Below are positions 8,866 through 19,121 of a DNA stretch of 64,000 bases, piece by piece. The DNA is from Candidatus Poribacteria bacterium. GTDB taxonomy: Bacteria; Poribacteria; WGA-4E; WGA-3G. The notes beneath the pieces are model-generated. The model was not told the DNA's origin and searched no databases. It saw nothing but the letters and a program-made list of their open reading frames with translations. Position numbers and translations under genes: made by a program. Location: NCBI GenBank assembly GCA_965197475.1, contig CBDANF010000003.1:2048001-2112000 (forward strand). The letters run 5' to 3'. Numbering within the stretch: position 1 is the first letter of the stretch; each line of letters begins with the position of its first letter.

Positions 8866-10632
8866 TCAGCGTGTATCATTGCGTAATGTCTGACGCAATT
8901 TTTCTAATGGATACGTATTGATGACATCATCCTTCGTTAACCCACTCCGTCGCGCAACATTCACACCAAATTGACGGTGTTCAAATTGCGGAATTGAGTG
9001 TGCATCTGTGTTAATAGAGATGAGAACACCTGCATCTTTTGCCTTACACACATACTCAGGCCCCAAATCCAATCGACTCGGTGAACCATTTATTTCTAAT
9101 ATAGTATCGTTTTCCGCTGCAGCATCAATAATCTCATCAAGATTAATTGGGTACATCGGTCTCCTACCAAGTAGTCGTCCTGTTGGATGTCCGATAATAT
9201 TGACATACGGATTTTCAATTGCACAAATCATACGTTTTGTCATTTCTGTCTCAGATAACGTGAAATGGCTGTGAATACTTGCTATAACGATATCAAGTTG
9301 AGCAAGTATCTCGTCAGGAAAATCGAGTGTACCGTCTTTTCGAATATCCACTTCAGAGCCTGCTAAAATTGTGATGCCTTCCGTTGCAGCATCCAGTTCT
9401 CGAACGTGCTTCATCTGTGACAACAATCGTGCTTGGTCCAAACCGTTTGCCACAGAAGAAGAAACAGAATGATCGGTGATAGCAAAGTATTCGAGACTAA
9501 GTTTGATGGCAGTCGCAACCATCTCATCCATGGTATTTCTACCATCGCTCCATTCGGTGTGGGAATGTAAATCGCCTCGCATGTCGTTGAATTCAAGAAG
9601 AGTCGGTAGCTTATCTTCTAATGCTAACGCTACTGAGTCGGGTTTCTGACGAAGTTCTGGCGGGATATAGGACATACCCAGTTTTTCATATATTTCTGTT
9701 TCCATGCTATTTTGTGTCTCTTGCCAAAAGTCCATTGCATGGCTCGGATCATTAATATTAATGGGTTTATCAGTGGGAAGTGCTGCGAGATGTTCATCCG
9801 CTGCTGTCGTTAGAAACAGTGTTGCTTCATACTCAGCAGCTGTTGACAGATAGATGACTACAGGAAAATCGTTGTCAATGAGGAGGTGAATTGTTCGTAA
9901 AGATTGTAGTAGAAGTGCTTTGGTAGGTTGATCTTGGGCATTTCTGACTTGCGTCGTAATTCTAAACTGGTGTTCGGAAAGAAGTTCAATGAGCACTTTT
10001 TCTGTTGTGTCTATGTCTCTGGCACATTCAGCAACAACTTCAAGGCTACGACAAACCTCCTCCCGTCTCCGTAAATCACCAGTAAATTCATGCTTTGTTA
10101 TAGAAGCACAGTTCTTGAAAATTTCAGAGAGTTTTTCGGCAAGGGCAAAGGACATAGAAATCAGTCGTATCCCTTGGTTATCGGTTAGGAATTGAAGACT
10201 TTCTGAGATGGTTTCAAGTGTCTTTTTTCCTAATCCTTTCATCTCCTTGAGTCTTCCATCTTCAAGTGCCTCAGCAAGTTGATTAAGATTTTTAATACCG
10301 AGTTCGCTATAGAGTCGATTTGCTGTTTTGCCCCCAACCCCTTGTATGTCCAAAAGTTCCAGAACTTCCAACCCCATCTCCGCTATTAGTTTTTGATAGG
10401 CTTGACAGGTGCCGGTCTCAAGCATTTCTTTCGTCTTTTCCTCAATTGTCTTACCAATTCCGGGGATGCTTTGGAACTTTCCGGTCTCAATTAATTCGTT
10501 TACGTCAACTGTCAAATCCGCAATAACTCTGGCAGCTTTTTCGTAAGATCGTATTCGGAATGAAGCATCTCCTCGGATTTGTAAAAATTCTCCGATGTTT
10601 CTGAAAATATTGCTAATTTCTATATTTTTCAT
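8866..10632 (-). CDS. polX: DNA polymerase X / PHP exonuclease with a non-canonical polymerase site
   Basis: N-terminal HhH motifs, GDLRR motif, and an intact PHP domain (DLHSHT, TDHS, HPTGR, NTDAH). Confidence 0.92.
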   Translation of the reverse strand: MKNIEISNIFRNIGEFLQIRGDASFRIRSYEKAARVIADLTVDVNELIETGKFQSIPGIGKTIEEKTKEMLETGTCQAYQKLIAEMGLEVLELLDIQGVGGKTANRLYSELGIKNLNQLAEALEDGRLKEMKGLGKKTLETISESLQFLTDNQGIRLISMSFALAEKLSEIFKNCASITKHEFTGDLRRREEVCRSLEVVAECARDIDTTEKVLIELLSEHQFRITTQVRNAQDQPTKALLLQSLRTIHLLIDNDFPVVIYLSTAAEYEATLFLTTAADEHLAALPTDKPININDPSHAMDFWQETQNSMETEIYEKLGMSYIPPELRQKPDSVALALEDKLPTLLEFNDMRGDLHSHTEWSDGRNTMDEMVATAIKLSLEYFAITDHSVSSSVANGLDQARLLSQMKHVRELDAATEGITILAGSEVDIRKDGTLDFPDEILAQLDIVIASIHSHFTLSETEMTKRMICAIENPYVNIIGHPTGRLLGRRPMYPINLDEIIDAAAENDTILEINGSPSRLDLGPEYVCKAKDAGVLISINTDAHSIPQFEHRQFGVNVARRSGLTKDDVINTYPLEKLRQTLRNDTR

Positions 10633-10720
10633 GATAAAGTAATGCCTATGATTACAGAGTAGATTCAGTGCGATTTTATAGAAAAATCTGAAAATTTATG
10701 GACATTTCGTCCTTTCTTCA

Positions 10721-11590
10721 TTATAGACTTTTCCTATAAGATTTAACATACTTTCTTTGGGCGAATATACCAGCGAACAAACCGATTATTACGCCGGCTA
10801 CCAGAATACTGATGAGTTGATAATACGGAAGGAACTCAAGCACCCCAAGTTGGAAAGTAAACAGACAGTAGAGTAAATAGAAACAGGCTATTCCCAAGAG
10901 AGTGCCGAAGAAACCGAGGTAAATGCCATGGGTTAGGAAAGGAATTCTAAGATAGCCCCGTGTTGCACCGATAAGGTTTAAGAGTTGAATTTCTTCATGA
11001 CGAGTTTGGGCAGTTTTTAGGACAGCAGCACGAATAATAAGTAGTATGAGTAGGCTTGTTATAGCGATACTGGCGATTGTCATCCGATTTGTCTGACGAA
11101 ACAGGTCCATGATTATTCCATACCCTGTCAAAACGACATCGTCAATTTCGGCATTGGATTCGATATCAAAAGATATCTCTTCCAGTGTTTTGCGTGACAC
11201 ATCTGCTGGGTTAACATATATCTCAAAGGATGCAGGATACGGATTGCTGTCTGAAAATCCTTTCTTGATAAATCCATCGAGAGGTCCAAACTGTTTTTCT
11301 GCGCGATTATGGTATTCTTCCTTAGAGATATAATCAATATAAAGGATACGGTCTTTCTTCTGAATCTGGTCTGCAAAAACACGGGCATCATCTTCAGCAA
11401 TTGTATCGTTCAGAAAAGCGATTAGTTGTGGCACTGTTTCCTTAAGATCAAGTTCTTTATAGATGGAAGTGTGATTAAACAGAAATGCATTCAGTAAGAG
11501 CGTGAAAAAAGCAAGCGCGATGAGACTTAAGAGATCGTTTAAGCCGGTGCGACCAATATGGGTAAAGACATTTTGAATTTGATACCGCAT
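10721..11590 (-). CDS. ftsX: cell division permease FtsX
   Basis: Four-TM layout, YISKEE, NPYPASFEI and RHEEIQLLNLIGAT motifs; downstream of ftsE. Confidence 0.85.
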   Translation of the reverse strand: MRYQIQNVFTHIGRTGLNDLLSLIALAFFTLLLNAFLFNHTSIYKELDLKETVPQLIAFLNDTIAEDDARVFADQIQKKDRILYIDYISKEEYHNRAEKQFGPLDGFIKKGFSDSNPYPASFEIYVNPADVSRKTLEEISFDIESNAEIDDVVLTGYGIIMDLFRQTNRMTIASIAITSLLILLIIRAAVLKTAQTRHEEIQLLNLIGATRGYLRIPFLTHGIYLGFFGTLLGIACFYLLYCLFTFQLGVLEFLPYYQLISILVAGVIIGLFAGIFAQRKYVKSYRKSL

Positions 11591-11609
11591 TTTTTAATTA
11601 GAACTTACC

Positions 11610-11747
11610 TTATAAGCACACTGTAGCGTAAACTGTCAGTCTGCACAGATACGACAAAAACTAACAGTTTGTATGACAGCGCACTGAGATAGGCATAGTT
11701 GGGAACCGAGTCTACCAAGTTGTTCACATATTTTGGATTTACTATAA
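11610..11747. repeat. MITE/REP composite between ftsE and ftsX
   Basis: GTAG-initiated hairpins (GTAGCGTAAACTGTCAGT...) and a right end TGTTCACATATTTTGGATTTACTATAA related to 22509-22669. Confidence 0.55.
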
Positions 11748-11781
11748 ACTATTTTATTGATAGGTATTCAGGCAGAAAACG

Positions 11782-12453
11782 TTAGGTCGTAACGAAACCG
11801 TCCTTGAGTTTGAAAACCCGTTTTGGCGTAGTCTTTTTGGTGCGTACATATCTTTCCGGGAGTTCAGGATCAGCAGTTGCAACTAAAACTGTGGTGCCTT
11901 GAAAATTGAGCGCGTCAAAAAGGGAAAGCATTTCAATTGCAAGTTTTGGGTCTAATGTTTCTGTAGGTTGATCTGCAAGAATTAGCAATGGACTATTGAT
12001 AATCGCTCTGGCTATTGCAAGCCGTTGTTTTTCGTTGTTTGATATTTGTGTGGGCAGTGCTTGTTTATGATGTACCAACCCTATCTGGTGCAGAAGATTA
12101 TTTACGTTTTCACGCAGTATCCTAAGTTTCGTTCCAATTAACTTCTGCGGAATCGCGAGGTTTTGCTCAACTGTTTTGGTATTGAGTAATTTCCAGTCTT
12201 GGAAAACTATGCCGATTTTTCTTCTAAAATAGGGCAACGTTGAAGGCGTGAGATCATCAAGAGGTTGTCCGAGCACACTTAAGGAACCCGCAGAAGGTGT
12301 TAATTCACGGTACAAGAGTTTTAGCAGGGTTGTTTTACCCGCGCCACTCTCCCCAACGAGGAATCCGAATTCGCCGCGTTCAAGCCGAAAACTTGCTCGT
12401 TCCAGCACGCTGAGGTCACGATAACTGAAACTGACTTGATGAAGCTGAATCAT
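11782..12453 (-). CDS. ftsE: cell division ATP-binding protein FtsE with degenerate motifs
   Basis: GESGAGKT, LPYFRRKIGIVFQD; adjacent to ftsX. Confidence 0.85.
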   Translation of the reverse strand: MIQLHQVSFSYRDLSVLERASFRLERGEFGFLVGESGAGKTTLLKLLYRELTPSAGSLSVLGQPLDDLTPSTLPYFRRKIGIVFQDWKLLNTKTVEQNLAIPQKLIGTKLRILRENVNNLLHQIGLVHHKQALPTQISNNEKQRLAIARAIINSPLLILADQPTETLDPKLAIEMLSLFDALNFQGTTVLVATADPELPERYVRTKKTTPKRVFKLKDGFVTT

Positions 12454-12523
12454 AAATTGCTCACATCCCATACCGTAGCAAATTGTTTATTACTCAGAGA
12501 TACATTATAAGTACACATCAGGA

Positions 12524-14800
12524 CTACTCAGGTGTTTTGGTATAGTCACAGGTTTTTGAAGCGCAGACGTGCAAAGTATCATCTGATTTTTGCACTTTCT
12601 CCACGAGGTAGGGCGCATCACATTGTGGACACGGTTCCGCGATCGGTTTATTCCAACTTGCAAATCCACAAGTTGGATAGTTACTACAACCGTAAAATAT
12701 TTTTCCGCGTTTACTACGGCGTTCACCTAAGTAGCCGTCACAACCAGTCTCTGGACAATCAACGCCCATCGGAACAGGTTTGGCATTTTTACACTTCGGA
12801 TAACCGCTGCATGCCAAAAACCGTGCCCCCGCACGACTTTGCTTAATAACCATCGGTTCGCCACATTTTTCGCAAAGCGTATCAGTTTCTTCAGGTTCAG
12901 CGGATGCGGTTTCATCTCCGTTCAAAGCCTTGATATTTTGGCATTCTGGATAGTTGGCACATCCGAGAAACCGTCCATATCTACCCCATTTCACAATCAT
13001 ATTTCCACCACACTTTTCGCATTGCACGTCCGATTCCGTTTCCATCGCTTTTCGCGCTTCATACATCTTATCGGGTGCCTCTTTCAGTGCTTCTTGGAAC
13101 GATGGATAAAATTCGCCAAGTGTGTCAATCCAATCCACTTCTCCTTCCGCGATAGTATCAAGTTTCTGCTCCATCTCTTTCGTAAATTCGACATTAACAA
13201 TATCGGGAAATCCGTGGATTAAGAGTTCGTTGACGAGTCTACCTACATCTGTGGGAAGGAGTCTACGTTGTTCCATTGTAACATAACCACGATCTTGAAT
13301 CGTTGAGAGAATTGTTGCATAGGTACTCGGTCTACCAATCTCTTTCGCCTCTAATGCCTTGACAAGTGTAGCTTCATTATAGCGGGGTGGCGGTTGCGTA
13401 AAGTGTTGTTTCGGATCCAACTTGCGTAGATCAAGGGTTTCACCCTCTTTAACCTCTGGCAGTGTTGTATTTTCTTCGTTGGTGTTGTTTTCATCGGTTG
13501 CGACATCGTCTTGACCCTCCATATAGATACGTCTGAATCCATCGAACTTGATAACAGAACCAGTGGCACGGAAGATATATTTTCCAGCTTTGATGTCAAT
13601 TGTTGTAGCATCAAGAATAGCAGGCTTCATTTGACTCGCGATAAACCGCTTCCAAATCAGTTCATAGAGACGATACTGTTCACTACTCAAATGAGGTTTC
13701 AAGGATGCGGGGGTTCGTAGTGGTAATGTCGGTCGAATCGCTTCATGTGCGTCTTGCGCGCCTCTTTTACTCGGATAATGAACAGCCCGGCCAGGAAGGT
13801 ACTCGGCACCGTACGTTGTGCTGATGTATTTCCGAACTGCGCTGAGAGCATCCTGTGCTACACGGACTGAATCGGTACGCATGTAAGTGATAAGACCAAC
13901 CAACCCTTCTTTTCCAATCTCTAAGCCTTCATAGAGTTTTTGTGCAATCCCCATCGTTCTTGCTGCTGTAAACCGAAGTTTTCGAGATGCTTCCTGTTGT
14001 AAAGTACTCGTGATAAACGGGGCAACAGGTTTCGGTTTTCGTTCCCGTTTTTGAACTTTCTCAACAACATAAGTCTGTTCTTTTGCATCTGCAGATAATT
14101 CCTTCGAGCGTGCTTCATCAATACGGAATCCGTAATTATTAATTTCACCTTTTTTGGTGCCTATTTTATGCAATTTAGCGGGAAAGAGGCTTTCCTTTTC
14201 CATCGGTGTTAGCGTTGCGGTGAGTGTCCAATATTCTTCAGGATTAAATGCCTCAATTTCTGCCTCCCGTTCACAAATAAGCCGTACAGCAACAGATTGC
14301 ACTCTACCCGCACTCAATCCGGGTTTAACACTGCGCCACAAAATCGGACTAATCTGATATCCGACAAGTCTGTCTAAAACGCGCCGCGCCTGTTGTGCAT
14401 CAACAAGTGCTTGGTCAATTGTTCCGGGGTTTTGAATCGCTTCTAAAATTGCACTTTGCGTGACCTCATTGTATACAATACGATAGATAGGTTTTTTCGA
14501 TTTCTTTAATTCCTCCGCGAGATGCCAACAGATTGCTTCGCCTTCCCTATCGGGGTCTGCAGCGAGATAGATACAATCAACCTTTTTTGCCTTTTCTCGA
14601 ATCGCTTTAACGACCGGTCCTTTTCCACGAATCAACACATATTTAGGCGTGAAATTGTTCTCAACATCAACCCCAAGTTCCTTGCTCGGTAGGTCGCGGA
14701 TATGTCCAACAGAGGAGTCGACAACATAGTCTTTCCCCAAGATTTTTTTGATAGTTTTCGCTTTCGCTGGTGATTCAACAACAACTAATGATTTCGGCAT
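12524..14800 (-). CDS. topA: DNA topoisomerase I
   Basis: VESPAKA, DPDREGE, ITYMRTDS motifs and C-terminal C4 zinc ribbons. Confidence 0.97.
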   Translation of the reverse strand: MPKSLVVVESPAKAKTIKKILGKDYVVDSSVGHIRDLPSKELGVDVENNFTPKYVLIRGKGPVVKAIREKAKKVDCIYLAADPDREGEAICWHLAEELKKSKKPIYRIVYNEVTQSAILEAIQNPGTIDQALVDAQQARRVLDRLVGYQISPILWRSVKPGLSAGRVQSVAVRLICEREAEIEAFNPEEYWTLTATLTPMEKESLFPAKLHKIGTKKGEINNYGFRIDEARSKELSADAKEQTYVVEKVQKRERKPKPVAPFITSTLQQEASRKLRFTAARTMGIAQKLYEGLEIGKEGLVGLITYMRTDSVRVAQDALSAVRKYISTTYGAEYLPGRAVHYPSKRGAQDAHEAIRPTLPLRTPASLKPHLSSEQYRLYELIWKRFIASQMKPAILDATTIDIKAGKYIFRATGSVIKFDGFRRIYMEGQDDVATDENNTNEENTTLPEVKEGETLDLRKLDPKQHFTQPPPRYNEATLVKALEAKEIGRPSTYATILSTIQDRGYVTMEQRRLLPTDVGRLVNELLIHGFPDIVNVEFTKEMEQKLDTIAEGEVDWIDTLGEFYPSFQEALKEAPDKMYEARKAMETESDVQCEKCGGNMIVKWGRYGRFLGCANYPECQNIKALNGDETASAEPEETDTLCEKCGEPMVIKQSRAGARFLACSGYPKCKNAKPVPMGVDCPETGCDGYLGERRSKRGKIFYGCSNYPTCGFASWNKPIAEPCPQCDAPYLVEKVQKSDDTLHVCASKTCDYTKTPE

Positions 14801-15034
14801 TTTCTTTTCTGAGTGTTCCTTATATTATGAATGCGTTTTGGATGTAAGAGTGAGTAGGCGGTCATATATTACATAATGCTATTAACATTTGACTATTCTG
14901 CAAAGGTCTATACACACAATGACTGCTTTTATTTAAAACGTCTAAAATCCGATAAAGTGACAGAAAAAGGAGAGATTCGCCAATTCATGCCAGTTTTGCA
15001 TTGTATAGGCAGTAATAAGGGGCGCGAGGTTGTA

Positions 15035-15808
15035 TTAGTAGACGAATGAAATTAGGTCGGTCAGTAACTGCCGCATGCCTGAGCGGTGAACAATATGGTC
15101 AATGAACCCATGCGCAACCAAGGATTCTGCTTTTTGGAAATTTTCAGGCAGCTCTTCTTGTAAACTCGCAACAGCAAGCGGACCAGCAAAGCCGATACGC
15201 GCACCGGGTTCAGCAATAATCACATCACCAAGAGATGTATAACTCGCTGTAGCACCGCCAAACGTTGGATCAGTGACGACAGAGATATAGAACCCACCAT
15301 TTTTAGTGTATTCAGCACAAGCGGCGGCGGTTTTTGCCATCTGCATTAACGCTAAGGTGCCTTCCTGCATCCGCATCCCCCCGCTCACAGAAACGATAAC
15401 GAGAGGCAATTGATTTTGACCGGCATATTCGATACGTCGGGTAACCTTTTCACCGATTACAGCACCACAAGTGCCACCGATAAACCCGACATCTCCAATT
15501 GCGATTGCTACCGGATAGCCGCCGATTTTGGCTGTTCCGGAGAGCATCTCTGAGCGGAGTCCTGTTCTTGCGATGTCGCGTTCAAGTTTTTCTGGATACT
15601 CAGGAAACTCTAAAGCATCAATTGAATAGAGATTTGTATCTGCTTCTTCAAAACTCTCAGCATCCACAAGCAGGTTGAGTCGCTCATGAGCACTCATTGG
15701 TTGATGTGCATCGCAAGCAGGGCAAACTTTGAGGTTTTTCGTTAATGCTTCTATTTTGATGTCCGCGTTGCAATTTCTGCAGACAACGGTTTTTGGAGGA
15801 TGGTCCAT
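15035..15808 (-). CDS. accD: acetyl-CoA carboxylase carboxyltransferase beta subunit
   Basis: N-terminal C4 zinc finger, SGGMRMQEG, PTFGGATAS and AEPGARIGFAG motifs. Confidence 0.93.
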   Translation of the reverse strand: MDHPPKTVVCRNCNADIKIEALTKNLKVCPACDAHQPMSAHERLNLLVDAESFEEADTNLYSIDALEFPEYPEKLERDIARTGLRSEMLSGTAKIGGYPVAIAIGDVGFIGGTCGAVIGEKVTRRIEYAGQNQLPLVIVSVSGGMRMQEGTLALMQMAKTAAACAEYTKNGGFYISVVTDPTFGGATASYTSLGDVIIAEPGARIGFAGPLAVASLQEELPENFQKAESLVAHGFIDHIVHRSGMRQLLTDLISFVY

Positions 15809-15974
15809 TTTATATCTCTACGAACTTATCTCGTGACTTATACCCTTTAATGATACTATCTACGACAGGGTTTGTCAACTTTAATGTCCGCTTGTTCTAC
15901 TTCTTGTAATAAGTTCTATAGAATATAGATAAGAAAATGACTCCTAAACTTGTTGTCCCTATCTTTAACGTGTA

Positions 15975-16065
15975 ATACCAAATTAACCGGATTTATCTTA
16001 TTTTTCTGGGTATTGGGCGCGCTTACAAAGCGCGCCTACCGAGTGAGATCAAGTTAATTTGGTAT
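15975..16065. mobile_element. 91-bp MITE-like element with 13-bp terminal inverted repeats and a REP core
   Basis: Perfect TIR ATACCAAATTAAC...GTTAATTTGGTAT; core GGCGCGCTTACAAAGCGCGCCTAC; supplies the stop codon of the LamG gene. Confidence 0.75.
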
Positions 16066-16868
16066 AAATCCTGAATGTTTGATGTGTGCCCACCTTGTGG
16101 CAAGTTTGCCTTCAGAATGTTTGATGTGTGCCCACCTTGTGGCAAGTTTGCCTTCAGGTTGAACCGGGATAAACCCAAAACCGTTGCCTAATGCGTTAAT
16201 CTCATCTTCGTCTAAAGCACGGGAAAATATAGCGGCATCATCAATCGCGCCACCATAACCCTCTCCACCTTCACCGCCAAGACGATAAGTTTCATTTGCG
16301 CCACGGGTTTCTTGGAAATCTGTCTCGGCTACATTTTCACCGTTGGCATAAATTTTGAATTTCTTACCATCGCTTAAGACGGCTACATGTAACCACTCAT
16401 CCATTTCAACTACCCCTGCTCCGGTTTCACATAGTACCGTCCATCCAGCGACCTGTCCACGCCAAGACAATTTACCATCGTTTTTATTCACGAACAAGGA
16501 TTATGTCCAGCATCACCAGATAAACTCCGCCAAATTTGTTGCCATTCACCGCCTTCAAAGGTTGGATTAATCCAGACAGAAATTGTATATGGGTCCGTTT
16601 TGAAAAGATCACCATGCAGCGTATCGGATACCAGCATCTCAACGTGTGCACCTACATCAAGGTGAATTGCATCTCCAAATTTACCTTTATCCCATTTAGA
16701 ACCACCTTTAATCTCGCCATTGTTTTCATTTCCAGAAGAATCTTCTGAGTTACCGTCAAACGAATAGTATGCCACCAAAGTTGCATCTTCAGCGGTAATA
16801 CCTAAATTCACCCACACCAAGAGAAACGTAAATGACATAACAAATATCAATACTTTCATCGTAATCAC
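16054..16868 (-). pseudogene. secreted LamG/concanavalin-like domain protein, split by a 1-nt frameshift near 16500
   Basis: Signal peptide, LVAYYSFD...GKFGDAI, WLHVAV, IDDAAIFSRAL and C-terminal VQPEGKLATRWAHIK. One added base joins the two track ORFs; this may be an assembly indel. Confidence 0.8.
16073..16156. repeat. exact 42-bp tandem duplication encoding EGKLATRWAHIKHS twice
   Basis: GAATGTTTGATGTGTGCCCACCTTGTGGCAAGTTTGCCTTCA at 16073-16114 and 16115-16156. Confidence 0.95.
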
Positions 16869-17052
16869 TCCTTATAAAAATAATTTTCTACGTTATACTA
16901 ATAGTTTTGTTCAATTATGATCTGTTAGGGATTGGTTCAAGTTTTCACTACCGATGAACAATACTAACATACCTGACAAAAAATGTCAAATTTGGGAGGA
17001 TGTAGAGGTCACATGAAGCTATGAGAAATTTGAGATGAAAACAAGATCGAAA

Positions 17053-19079
17053 CTATCTCTGCTCTAAAATAAGATTCGCATACACATCAACGACAGCGAA
17101 AAAATTTGGTGGGATTACAGTCGTCGCACTGAATTCTGTGACAATAGCAGGACCTTCTATCCGATTACCGGGGTGTAACGACTCGCGACGATAGAAATCG
17201 GTTGGATAAACTTCACCATCAAAGATGACACGGTTTTGCTCGATCTGTGCATCGGAAGGGTCAGCATCTGTCCGCGGTTCGGGGTTAAGTGCCGGTTTTT
17301 CGGTTTCACCGATGGCAGTGAGGCGCAGGTTGACTAGCTCCAGTATTGCCTCAGGACGCGCATAACTAAATCGCTGTTCGTGCATGGCATGAAATTGACT
17401 CACAAAATCCGTGTGCACGTCTATATAAGGAATATTCAATTCATAAGATTGTCCCTCGTATCGCATATCAAGTGAACGTTTGATTTTGAGTTGCGATAGA
17501 TCAAATCCTTCCGATTTCATATCGCTTTCCGCTCGGGTTAGCAGCGAGTCATAACCGTTCTCTAATTGTTTGTGTAAATTCGTCACCTTGTCTTCAGTTT
17601 TCCATAGCACCGTCTGTGAGTAATCCTTGACAACATCTGCATAGAGCATGCCGTAAGCAGAGAGCAAGCCGCCGTTCGGTGGAATAAGTACAGTACGTAT
17701 GCCGAGGTTCTCAGCGAGAAATGCGGCGTGTAACCCACCAGCCCCGCCAAACGATACAAGCGTAAAATCGCGTGTATCAAATCCACGTTCCACCGAGATA
17801 ACTTTGATAGCACGTTCCATTGCTGCGTTGGCAATCTTCAAAATGCCATCTGCGGCTTCAAGTGCCGAAAGTCTGATGCGGTCAGAGAACTTTTCAATAT
17901 ATTGACGTGTTGTATCATAAGCAAGAGACATCTGACCTCCTAAAAACAGCGTAGGTGAAATACGTCCCAAAAAAAGATTGGCATCGGTTACCGTAATCTC
18001 TTTTCCGTTGTTACCGTAACATATAGGACCTGGGTCAGCCCCAGCACTTTCAGGACCGACACGTAACGCACCCCCCGAATCTATTGTTGCAATAGAACCG
18101 CCGCCAGCACCGACAGTATGAATATCAATCAACGGCACTTTGATCGGCAAACCGCTGATTGTGCTTTCGGTCGTCATTGAGATACCGTCATCACACAAAC
18201 TAACATCCGTGGAAGTTCCACCCATATCAAAAGTAATAATCTTTTCATATCCTGCTGTTTTAGCAACGTGGTAAGCACCGATAACACCACCTGCAGGTCC
18301 GGAAAGAACTGTTTGAATACCTGCGGATTCAAAATTCTTTGTAGAAATGCAACCTCCGTTTGAGAGCATCAATCGGAACGATTTTGGAAAACTATTTGAT
18401 TCTGCAAGTGTTGAGAGATGCTTTTCCAAGGTAGGACGGATGTAGGCGTTTGCGACGGTGGTACTGAACCGCGCGTACTCTCGGTATTCGGGCAGAATTT
18501 GGTGCGAACATGAAATCGGTATATTGAGTGTTTCGAGACGATCTGCGACAATCTGTTCATTTTCGGGTTTACGTAAGAGAAGAGGAAACAAATTGCGATT
18601 GCATCTAAATCTAACGTTGCGAGATGTGCTGCGAGTGTCTCAAGGTCGGCGAGAGAAATTTCAGTTTGAATCTCACCTGTGTGCAATGTTCGTTCTTCGA
18701 TACCGAATCGGTGTTCTGCAGGCACAAGAGGTGCTGGTCGTTGAACAAACAGATCGTATATATTTGGACGCGTCTGCCTTCCGATTTCCAAAACGTCTTC
18801 AAAACCTTTTGTGGTGACAAGTGCAATACGCGCACCCCTGCGTTCAAGTAGCGCATTTGTGGCAACGGTGGAACCGTGAACAATATCCACGCCATCATAA
18901 GAATTGACGTTCTGCTGACTCAATATTTCACTGACACCTTTTATAACAGCGTGAGCAGGATTGCGTGGCGTAGAAAGCACTTTGTGTGTCCAAAGAGAAT
19001 CTTCCACAGACATAACGATGTCGGTGAAAGTGCCGCCGGTGTCAACACCGATTTTTCTTATAACTTTTTGTTTATGCAT
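17053..19079 (-). pseudogene. hydantoinase/oxoprolinase A subunit, frameshift near 18565
   Basis: GVDTGGTFTD, HGSTVATN, SGPAGG, DMGGTSTD and GPESAGADPGP motifs. One extra C in the CCC run fuses the ORFs as ...SYVNPENEQ... Confidence 0.85.
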
Positions 19080-19121
19080 CTGTTGGTTTGTAGTAGAGTG
19101 AAAAGTTGTATGCCGAAATTA

